The position numbers and the translations under genes are program-made. The notes beneath the pieces are model-generated. The model was not told where the DNA came from. It saw nothing but the letters and a program-made list of their open reading frames with translations, and made no database searches. 64,000 bases of DNA from Peribolospora baueri (Eukaryota), in NCBI GenBank assembly GCA_029717555.1, contig JAMDHS010000007.1, positions 248,001 to 312,000 of the forward strand, given 5' to 3'. Numbering within the stretch: position 1 is the stretch's first letter; each line of letters starts with the position of its first letter. Shown here in pieces: positions 35,617-45,817 of the stretch.

Positions 35617-38073
35617 TCAAGCCCAGCTGGCCAATGCCACACCGACGACGCTGGCCAAGACGACGGCGGCGCCAGGGCCGACAGCCGCACGGGCGCCGTT
35701 GAAAGGCGTGTAAGACGGCGTGGAGGAGGACGCGGGGTCATTGCCTCCCGTGCCGCCGTTGGACGTCAGGTTGGCGCCGTTGGGACCGATCGGCCGCGTC
35801 GCGTCGCTGTCAACGACGGTAGGGGGGACCAGCAAACCGGTACAGGTCAGCGACGCCACGCTTCTCGCCCACACACCGTTCCGCCCGGCGACCGACTCAC
35901 GTGAATGCGCAAGCACCGCCGGTGCACAGGCACTTGTTCCCGATCGGGTCCCAGAACGCCGTGGCGCAGTTCTCGGGAACTGGCGCGAGGACACAACGTA
36001 GATCAGCATCTCCGACGCCCACTCGTCTCCTCACTCTCACCACTCCACTCACTCCTGTGCCTCAACGCGCCGCCGCTCTGCGTCGCCTGCGGAGGGTTCG
36101 GGTTCGCCGGCGTGGGAGGATCGGAGGGGCATCCGTAGCAAGTGTAGAAGGGAAAGTCGGGGAAGGGGCAATGGGCCAACAGGCCGGCTTCGTTGGCAGG
36201 CATGCCGTTGCAGATCTTCTCTTGCACGTTCGCCGTCTGTCACGGTCGATGAGGACGGGGCGGATGAAGCGGCTGGTCAGCGACGACGAAGAATGGAGGG
36301 CCCGTCGAGCAGCCAAGCCTCACCTGGCACTGGAACGCGGGCAGAGTGTTGAGCTGACTCGCCGGCACCGGGTTTTGCATCCAAGCGAGCAGCTGAGCGT
36401 TGCTGACAAACCAAACGTTCTGGAACTGCTCTGACGCGGTGGCCCAGTCAAGGAACTGGTTGATCATGCTGATCGTCGCGTTCGGGTCCGGCACGCCAGG
36501 GTAGCCGCGGGCGACGTGGATGGGGTGGGTGTAGAGGCCAAAAGGCACCTTGTTGCCGTTGTAGTGCTAAGGAATATATAGTGACGGCGTGGGCAGAATC
36601 AGCTCGGCGTGCCGGCAGAGGCCACAGAGGACGCACGCGCGCACTCACAGCCATGAAGTTGTCCTTCAACCAGCCGAGCACCTCGTTCGGGTTGTTCGAG
36701 TCGAGCCAAGGATCCATGAGGTGAAGGCCGTTGTTGGGAGAGAAGATCTGCGACGAAAACATGCGTCGCTCGCGCGAGGCGTATCAGCGACCGCTCGCGC
36801 CGATCCGATCCGACGACTACCAACACCGGACAACGCTCACCGCATACATCGGGATCTCCCAGAAGCCGGGAAGCTTGGGCTGGCCGCTGCAAATGCCCGG
36901 GACGGTGAGACAGTCGTTGGCCATGCCGTCTGCGGCGAACGAGGAGAGATGTAACGAGACTCTCAGCTTCTCCCAGCCACACGGCGTCTCCGCTGGCCGA
37001 ACACCGGATCGGCCACTCACAGTCGAGGGTGTAAGGCCAGAAGGCGTCGGTACCAGTCTGGTTGATTGGCAAGGAGGAGGAGGCGGAGCTGTCGTAGGTG
37101 AACTTGTCGTTGGCGAGCATCTTGAGCGTGTCAGCGCTGTAGTTGAGGTAAGGGGCACGGAAGCCGATGATCTCCTTGAAGGGGATGCCTGAGGGGCCCC
37201 GGAGGAGAGGGAGTAGAGATTGAGCGACGGCCCGGCACTTTCGAGGGTGTTTCCTACGGGTGCTCGTCAGCGGGACTCACCGGCGAGGGCGTTGAGGGCG
37301 ATCAGGTTGCCTTCGACCTGAGAAAGAAGCGAGGGCAGAGCGGAAGACAAGGTCAAGAAACGTCCTTTCCCCCGCGCCGCCCCTTTGCCTTGCTTGCTGT
37401 CGACTCGACTCGACTCGACTCTACCCAACGTACTTCGTTCTGGGGAGGAGTGCCGACGTGGGTCATGGTGTGGTCGGCGATCTCGTTACCGGCGACATAC
37501 CAGTCGGTGACGAGGGTATAGTTGGTGTAGTTGAGCGAGGTGAAGTAGGTCATCAGCGGCGGGCACCCGTTGGGGTTCTTGCGCTGGGCCAAGAAGCTCT
37601 GGACGGCGTTGATGGTGTAGCTCTGGACGGCGTCGTCGGCTGGGAGGGAGACAGAAGGCGAAGGCCAAGAGAGGTGGGTTTCGGTCAGCTTCGGAGCGCG
37701 CCGACAGGAACCCATCATGTTAGAGGGAGACGCTCACCGGTGAAGGTGATGAACTGAGGCACATCTCTGAGGGCAGAGCGACGCAAGCACAGTTAGTGGA
37801 AGACGTTGGACGGAAAGCGGCACGGAGGCGACGAGCGACGAAGACGACTTACTTGAGAGCGAGTCCACCGGGAGGGCTGGTGCTGGCGCACTGGCAGCTA
37901 GGGAGCTTGCAAGCCGCCGGGTCGCAGTTGTAGTTGGCCGCACCGGGGCTGGTGGTGGCGCCAGAGAGCGAGCCGTCCTGGGCGTTGGCGAAGGGGAGGC
38001 GGACGCCGCCGGGGCCGAGGGCGAGGAGGGCGGCGAGGGCGACGGTGGGGAGGAGGTCGCGGACGCTGGGCAT
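35617..38073 (-). CDS. Secreted, GPI-anchored carbohydrate esterase family 4 (chitin deacetylase-like) protein, multi-exon
   Basis: Signal peptide MPSVRDLLPTVALAALLALG. CDPAACKLPSCQCAS, PQFITFT|ADDAV (motif 1), NPNGCP, NEIADHTMTH (metal-binding His pair), IIGFRAPYLN, FTYDSS, FWPYTLD, PFGLYTHP. Hydrophobic C-terminus after FNGA. Confidence 0.9.
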
Positions 38074-39168
38074 GGTCGGCGAGGGCGGAAGAGAGCGTGG
38101 GCGGCGGCGGTGGTGGAGCAGGTGGTGTTGGTGTGGTCTGGTCTGGTCTGCTGTCAGCAGTACGCTGGACGCTCTGGGGAGGGCGAAGGAAGGGGAGCGA
38201 TTAAGACAGGGCGGCGATGGAAGGAAGAGTGAGAAGAAAAAGAAAGATGGTGGAAAAAAAGGAGGAACGGAGAGGGCGGCGGCGGCCTTGCAAGCGACGT
38301 GACCTGGAACGCGCTCCAAGGCGGGGGCCAAGCGGAGCAGCCGCAGCGGAAGCAGTGGCCGGGGAGTCGGTTGCTAATGGGGGATAAGGAAAGGGATAAG
38401 GGAGCAAATATCCCTTCTACTTCCATAAGGAAAAGGGATAAGACAGCATGCTATTCCTTCTGCTTCCATCGGTCCATAGTCCACTCCATTAACATCCTCA
38501 TCCATCCACGACACTCTCTTCCGTCTTCTCCGCCAGCCCAGCCCGTCATCGTCTCCTTGGCACCGCACCCAGTCTACCTGATCATCATCGTCATCTTTAT
38601 AGTCCGACCGCGACAGCGGACGACGAGCTCCGACGAAAACCGCCGCCCGATGATTTTCTCCCACCGATCTACGTGCCCCGCTCCTCCTTCTGCCCCTCTC
38701 CCCAGGCTTCCCTTGCCGACCTCTGGCGTCACGTCACCACTCCGGACGAACTTTGGATCCTGTGAGGAAAAAAAAAAAAGAAATAGGAAAAAATGCCCCT
38801 TTCACATGATCACAGGCATAGGTGGCCAACGTCGCTGTCATCACCGGCGGCCACCCCAGACTGCGACAGATCGACGGTGGAAGAAAAACTAGGGGTGGCG
38901 GGGGAAGCGGGAGGGGGAGCCGCGGTGCGTCTGCAATCGTAGTGCATGCAGCGCTTTTTACACTTACTGTACTACAGTGTACATGAGAACACTCCTGACG
39001 TTTGCAAGGGAGCAGACGCCAGCTAGATAGGGTTCCCAAATAGGACATGCTTCAGTGGAGGGATCGTCTCGCACCTTGCCACTCCACTCGCGCCCTCATG
39101 GAGCATCCATCCCATTCGCATTCGCCGTAGGACACACCCCTCCATCTCCTATCTTCCGCTGCCACGCA

Positions 39169-39236
39169 TCAATACCCCTTCAGCACGACGTCGCACTCGA
39201 ACCAGAGCCGCTCCTCCGCTCCCGCCTCGCCCTCCG

Positions 39237-39269
<33 letters not shown>

Positions 39270-41407
39270 GCGTCGGTCCAGACGACGCCGCCCGCCCGCC
39301 CGCCATCACGTCGGATGCGCCGTCCGGCCGGCTAGACCCAAAGACGATGTGAACGCCTCCCACCGTCGTCCTCCTCGCCGACACCCCGCTCCCGCACGCC
39401 GATCCCCCTCCGTTCCTCCATCGGTGCGGCGGCGCCGAGGTCGAAGACGACCGGCTCGCTGCATTCCCCCACGCGGACGCCGCCGACGATGAGCTCTCCA
39501 CGACGGCCTTGCTGCGCTGCCGGTGGAGCGACATGCGCGCTCGAAGAGAGTTGGGAGGGAAACGGGTCGCCGAGGAGGCGTCGTTCGCCTTCGAGCTTGG
39601 CTCCATGTCCCCGGCGGCCAGGGAGGGACTGGACGGAGCGGCACCGTCGGTCTCCTGACCATCGACGGTGGAGAGCGGCGATGGCGATGCTGGCGTCTCC
39701 GACCGACACCGACGCCCCGGCTGCCGGGCTTCCTCGGGAGCCACATCGCTCCCGTCGTCCGGCGCGTCACGCACGCCCAGAGGCCGCTCCTCTGCCATCC
39801 TCACTCCCAAGCTCACCCCACGCCTCGCTCCATCTCGTCGCGCGAAGGGCGACGACGCGCCGCTCTGGCTACCGCTGTCCAACGAACCGGCCGAGTCTTG
39901 TTGGGAAGGAGACGGGCACGCCGGCGAGGCCTGTCGCTCTCTCGACAATGACGATGACGATGACGCCTCCAACCGAACTGACACGAGTGGAGACAGCCGC
40001 CGATGCACGTTCTGCCGCGGCGTCCAGCCTGGGCAGGAAAAGTATCGGGGAGCGAGGAGGAGGAGACTCATCCGCGTTTTCGCTGCGAGCGCCGACAGAC
40101 ACAGAGAGAGGGAGACACGTTCCATTAGCCCGCGCGCCGTCGTCCGAAGCGTTCCCGACTCGCCGTTCGCCCGCCTCACCTATCGGACGACCTAACGTCT
40201 GACAAAGCTCCTCGTCCTGCACCATGAACCGAACGATCTGCCGCTCCCAGCTCGCCACCACCCTTTCGACGTCGTTCGTTCTTGATGCCGACGCCGATGC
40301 CGCGTGCGGGTTAGTCGTCTCCTCACGAGGAGCGGAGGCACGCTCGCCGTCTTCTTCGTCCGACACCGGAAGGCGCTCCACGGAGACGACAAAGATCTCC
40401 CGAGGCGTGACGGCTAGCGATCCGAACACGAGAGCCAAGCTGGCCTCTTGGTAAACGGTCTCCGTGGCCGTCGTCGTCAGGGATGCGGGGTGTGGTATTC
40501 GAAAGTGGGGAGAAGAAAGCGCTCGGGAGAGGTTGGTGGTCATTTGGGAAAGGCCTCTGAGGAGCTGGGGACGTCGAAGCGGAGAAGAAATTTATCAGCA
40601 GAGGCTGCTAAAGGTCATTCAAATAGCGAACCTCTCTCCTCGACTCACTTCGTCTCTCTTCCGTTTCCCTCTCAACGACAAATGGGAGCGAGACCAGGCC
40701 TGTCCGTTAGAGAAAGGGGGATGCAACGCAGAGAGAAGAATCTTTGACAAACCGCTCATTTTTCTCTCATCCGGCGAGCTCGACAGCGATCTCACCACAT
40801 CTCGAGGACCCTCTCGCCGTGCTTCCCGACGAAGCAGCGGGATAGGCCTGCGCAGGGAGGGGAAATGCGAGACGAGGATGAGAATACCCTTCCTTCCCTC
40901 CGGCGGCGCTTGAGCACGGGCGGCGAGAGACAGGCCGCCGTGAACCCTCTTCGCGCACCCCCCAGCCCGCAAGTCACAAACAAAAGCCATGTACTAGTAG
41001 AGCATAGGAGAACGGGGAAGAAAGTAGAGCCACCGCCGCTGCACTCACGAAGGCACCTGTCCTTTGGCGAACAAGACGTGCTGCAAGGCCCCGAGGCCCA
41101 GGCGGGCGCGCAGAACTGCGTCTGGGAGCACGGACGGCTCGTCCGCGTCTGCGTCAGAGTCAGAATCAGCGCCGGAGTCGGACGACGTCGGTCGCGGTCC
41201 GCGCCCGGGCCCGACCCCGGGCCCGGCGCCCTCTGTGCCCTCTTGCGGCTTCGTCCGTCCGTTTGAAGAGGGAGACGTCACGGGAGTTTGAGCGAGGTGG
41301 CGACGGGACAGGTTGGGTGGGACGCGAAGACGAAGACGAGGGAAGGGTTCGGCGGCGGCCGCGGCCGGCGGGACCGAGGGGTACTCATGTGCCGCCGGGG
41401 CGTCCAT
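39169..41407 (-). CDS. MAD2L1BP: p31comet / MAD2L1-binding protein-like HORMA-fold protein, 4-5 exons
   Basis: The spliced product carries LQHVLFAKGQVPS|PIPLL (cf. metazoan LKHIMYQRQQLPLP), LALVFGSLAVTPREIFVV (cf. LILLGGNALSPKEFYEL), TRMSLLLLAPRYFSCPGWTPRQ and C-terminal LWFECDVVLKGY* (cf. IWFQAPVTFKGF). Motifs are recalled from knowledge of the family; no search was run. Confidence 0.72.
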
Positions 41408-41530
41408 TATGCGGGCGGGTGGGACGAAAGCTTGGAGGGCGATGGTGGTATTGTCGGAGGTGAAAAGAAACGTCGGCCGCATGTGACCGATCGATCACAC
41501 TCGCCGCCCGATCATCTGGAGCCGACGTGC

Positions 41531-41545
41531 ACGCGACGCGACGCG
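41531..41545. promoter_or_regulatory. Triple ACGCG (MCB-like) array upstream of the p31comet-like gene
   Basis: ACGCGACGCGACGCG lies about 125 bp upstream of ATG 41407. Confidence 0.35.
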
Positions 41546-41886
41546 CCGACCGACATCGAAAAAAGTCAACGACAGGTGGCAATTCCGATATTAACTAGTG
41601 GTCATTCGTTTCTCCATTAATTCGCATAAAGTTCGGTCAGGCAGAGCAGTAACCTCAAGGCTCCTAGCGCGATCATAAACGAGAAAAAAAAAGGCACAGA
41701 CCCGCGACGACATGATCGCAGCATCTACCATCGTCGCCGGGCATTTCGCACTGAACGGCATCATAGCAGCAGAAACCAAAATGGGAGACCAGGACTATAG
41801 AGCGGTATCGTCGGGAGTTCCATCCAAAGCATATCTCCCTTCTCCATCCACTTCCCTGTGCATCAAGCAAGGAAGACCCAATGTCT

Positions 41887-43142
41887 TTACGGCCTCTTCT
41901 TGTCGCCGTTGCCTACGGCCCTGCCGCGGCCACTGCCGCTCTTCAGGTTGGCCCAAAAGCCAGTGCCGATGTTGCGACGGCGCTGCTTGTGCATGTGAGA
42001 CATCATCACATACAGGCCTGACGGAGGCAAGCAGTGACGAGTCGGGAAATAAACAGCAAACACGTGCGGTGAGTGATCCGTCGTTACCGCAAACCCTTCT
42101 TCGCAGAAGTAGCTCGCATACAGGACGCGAACACTCACCGGGCCACCAAATGGCGAAGAGGATGAGATAAATGTAGGCATACCAAGGCCAGCTCGTGAAC
42201 TTTTTGAGCGGTGGAACGGTGGAAAAGATGAGGAGCGCCTCCGATCCAGCGCCAAGAGGGTAGAGGATGTAGAAAAGAGAGTACCTAAGGCAATGGCAGG
42301 AAGAAAGGTGTGGTCAGTAAAGGAATGGTATGAAGAGGCACCAGGTACTCCCCAACGGCTATGAGAAGGTTGTTATGAAGACTCACCGAGCCCACTCAAG
42401 ATGCTTCGACGTGATCCCGAGCAGACCGGTAGCATAGAACGGATAGCGGATCATCTCGGTGACGGCCCAAGCTGCGATCATGGTCGCGTAGAGCGGGTTG
42501 GAGCTAGCGGTCGAGAACCGCTCGGTGACGCCCCAAACGAGGAAGAGTCTACTGGCAACCTGCATCGCGGTCGTCTGGATCGGACTCCTGACCCACTTGA
42601 GCGCCACATGGACCACCTCGAGCAAGGCTAGCGTCTGCACGGCGACGACGAGCGGGCCAATGGCGCCGTGGGCAGTGCTGGCGCGGTTGAGGTACTTGAG
42701 CACGGCGGGATTTTGGGCAAACGAGGAGAGGTAGGAGGTCACCTTGTTCGACTTGGAGTAGAAGGGCATGGAGAAGCGGGAGAAGTAGGACAGGGGGTTG
42801 AGAGAAGAAAGGAAGGAAGAGGCGAGGCGCACAGGTGCCGTGCCGGACGCGGAAAGCATGTGGTGGACGAGCGAGTAAAGAACAAAAGTCCATCCAGCAG
42901 CGGAGACGACGTTGTAGGCCGTGAGATAGCTTTTAATCAACCGGGGCTGCACTGGATCACCCAAGAACGGGGAAGGCATCCGATACATCAAAGACGAGCG
43001 GGTCGGCAATGTATCTTCGCGGCGCGCTCGCGTCTGTCATCGATCCTTCGCGCTCACCTTTTTTGGCTTTGTCGCTGACCTTGGCGACGGCTGATCCATC
43101 GGTGCCAGTAGTCTCTTTGTTAGTGCCGCTTGGCCTCGGCAT
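41887..43142 (-). CDS. PHS1: Very-long-chain (3R)-3-hydroxyacyl-CoA dehydratase (PTPLA family), 4 exons
   Basis: YLTAYNVVSAAGW, VQTLALLEVVHVALKWVRSPIQTTAMQVASR, AWAVTEMIRYPFY, WAR|YSLFYILYPLGAGSE (catalytic Tyr/Glu), LYVMMSHMHKQRRR. C-terminal KKRP* is a KKxx ER-retrieval signal. Confidence 0.93.
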
Positions 43143-43829
43143 GACGGGCAACTGCTTGTCCTGAGTGCGGTAAGTGTTCGGCGACGACGGACTGGAGGGC
43201 ACAATTGGCGAGGCGGTAGCAGAGGACGACGAGCGAGATGACGACCGGAAGGATGACGAGAGGATGCGCCTCAGCTGATCCTTCATGCAAAATGCGCTCG
43301 CGACGCTTGAATCGGTTCGAAGGGGGGAGACACTCTTCGAATGAAAGCGGTGGAGACGAGCAGGACCTTAATCGTTTGCTGGCTCCCGAAACAAGCCTAC
43401 GATCGAGATGACGACGGGAGGAGCGGTTTGCCGCAGCAGTGTCGGATTTATTGTTTCACGTGCCGTCACGCGTGGCAAGCAAAGTTGTTTGCAGCACGTG
43501 CAATACACTGGTCCGTCCTACCGAACTGCCAGTGCCGCCGGCGTCATGTAGACAATAGCCCCGACCACCGGGCGGAGACGAGACGTGTGTGTATCTTCGT
43601 TTGAAAGGGATCATTAAATTTATGAAAGAGCAAGCGTAGATCGTAGGTGGGCAAAAAGGAGCGGATTCCCTGTCATGCCCCTCGCGGATATCGTTGTGTA
43701 CCTTATTTCGTTGTATCTCGCAGATGCGGGCGTCGTCGTTCCATGCCAGAACCACAGAGAGAAGAAACAGGTCCACTGTACTGATACCGTCCGCCGACAC
43801 CTGCATTGATGGGGTCCGTGCACCGTAGT

Positions 43830-43915
43830 TCACGTGCACAAGTGATCTAGCTAGGGTTAATCCTTGGAGACGTGTACAGTCACGCACGTGATGCAAAGAT
43901 CTATAACCCTACTCT
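43830..43915. promoter_or_regulatory. Ribosomal-protein-gene promoter elements: CACGTG E-boxes, inverted TAGGGTTA/TAACCCTA, Homol-D-like CAGTCACG, Homol-E-like ACCCTACTCT
   Basis: TCACGTG at 43830, TAGGGTTA 43852-43859, CAGTCACG 43877-43884, CACGTG 43885-43890, TAACCCTA 43904-43911, all within 170 bp of the eL28 start. Confidence 0.5.
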
Positions 43916-43997
43916 CGTCTTGGCCTGATCCATGCGTAGGCGAGTCGAGAAGGAGCAAGGTGGTTACCAAACCTCAAAGTTCATACCGTCCGTCAAA

Positions 43998-45418
43998 ATG
44001 TGAGTGGACGCTCACTGTCCGAGCCGTGCAATGAAGGCAGGGCCGAGGGACTGGAGACGATTTGTGCGTGCTGATTGAGTCGTCTCATTGCCTGCCTCAC
44101 ACGTCTCTTCCGACCTGCGCACAGGTCCCAAGACCTCCAGTGGCTGTTGACGCGCAAGACGTCGTCGTACATCATCCGCCGTCCCGGCACGAGCCGTGTC
44201 TTCTCGCGCGAGCCCGAGAACTTGACTCAGATCCACTCTTACACTCACTCGGGTCTCGTCAACGACAAGGTGATTACGTCGGTCTTTAGGGGGTTCCATT
44301 TGCTTGGGCGACGACGGGCGGTGGGGAGATAATTTGATCAGAGAGGCAGGCATGCGCGGCTTTGGGAATGGAGGGGATGTTGCCCTATGGACTTTCCGGG
44401 TGCTGAACCGCGGAGGGACCAGGAAGAGAGCTCAGAGCGCAAGGTGGCATGGGCAGGGGGCACAGCTGAACCTAGGAAGGCAGAGGCGGTCATAACCGGG
44501 AGTGGCATGTTTGGGCGTCAGCGCCATTGCCATCGGATGCTGACATCTTTCGCTATCCGTTTTGTCGCTCCAACCCCATTAGGCTGTGTCCGTCGAGGCC
44601 GCTCCCTCTGGCAAGGGCGTCCTGGTTCGCACCAAGAAGTCCCCGTCCAAGGTTCCCTACAACAAGGTCGCCGGTACCCGCAACGAGTACGTCATCCGCA
44701 AGACCGGTGGCCGTCGCACCGCCAAGGTCATTGCCAACATTACCACCAAGAACGGGTACAGGCCTGACTTGCGCAAGGTGAGTTTGGCGTCTCGGCGGTT
44801 GCTCTGTTGGCATGAGATGAAGGGAGAAACGGGGAATGGCGGGGCTGGATGTTATTGGGAATGGTTGGGAGGCTTGTGAGGCGCCTGCGCAGAGCTTCAG
44901 GGATGAAGCGATGGGATGGAGAGTGTATGGTGGCCCGTTCGGATACGGATCACTATCTGTGCATCACGCTAGAACCCTCCGGACAGTCCAGATCAGTGGA
45001 GACTCCGATGAAGGCAGGGTGTAAAAGTGGTGCCAAAGCGATTTTCCGACGACCTATGTGTTGTCATGGACCGTCTCTTTCGGAAGAAGAGACGCTACTC
45101 TTGTCTCGCATCAAATGTCCCATCATCGCCTCTGTTTTGTCGTGTGTTGCCGGACGGGGGATTGGGAGTAGACGTCTTTCGTCTTTCGTCTCCGATGGAC
45201 CGGTCATACAGTTTCGAGGCGGTTGTTCTTATTATGTCAGGGCGTGTCGCTGACGTTTCCTGCCTGTTCATCGCGTTTGCTGTTCGTCCTCCATCAACCT
45301 TCAGACCGCCATCGCTCGCGCTTCGGCTATCCTTCAGGTCCAGGCTGGCAAGCACAAGGCTGCCCCGGAGAAGAAGGTCCGCGGCAAGAAGGCTCTTGTC
45401 GCCGCTGAATCCGCCTAA
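43998..45418 (+). CDS. RPL28: 60S ribosomal protein eL28 (L28e); exons 43998-43999, 44125-44269, 44583-44777, 45305-45418
   Basis: M|SQDLQWLLTRKTSSYIIRR...FSREPENLTQIHSYTHSGLVNDK|AVSV...YRPDLRK|TAIARASAIL; codon bias of a highly expressed gene. The symbol follows metazoan/S. pombe eL28 nomenclature, not S. cerevisiae RPL28. Confidence 0.95.
44908..45213 (+). ncRNA. Candidate structured intronic RNA element in eL28 intron 3 (snoRNA-like or splicing-autoregulatory)
   Basis: Four nested hairpins closed by the long-range stem 44908-44916/45118-45129, followed by a further hairpin ending in ACA (45208-45210). Pairings were derived by eye. Confidence 0.4.
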
Positions 45419-45817
45419 ATATGGGGCTTATCGCAGGCATTCCAGACGTATGGTAGTAGCGTCTGTGTGGTGGAGGTTTGAGTCGAGCAGCGGCCGGCTC
45501 AGCAGGGTCGTTGTGGTCTGCGGTCCTACACCAAGGCAGCTATGTCACTTTTCCACCTTGTTTGCATGCCTCCCTCGTCCATGCGATTCGTTTCAAAAAA
45601 ATTTATGAAACACACACTTCTGTGTGTCGGCGGAACGTACAATGGACAAACTAGAGAATGCATCCGGATGGTGAGATAATGATAGCGGGCGAGATCCAGG
45701 GAGCTAAACGGAAGACGGACGGGCAAGAAGCGGGTAGCAGGAAGCAGTCTATACAACTGACAATGGCTGAAAAGAGAGGGGATTTTGTAAGGATCTGTGG
45801 AGTCGCGTGACCACCGT

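Noticed and set aside
44635..45432. RNase MRP-like P4 halves (AAGTCCCC at about 44637; ATGGGGCTTA at 45421) or group I intron-like AGTCC/GAGACT words
   Set aside because: The first half lies in a coding exon and the span is too long. The group I words are in the wrong order and no P/Q elements are evident.
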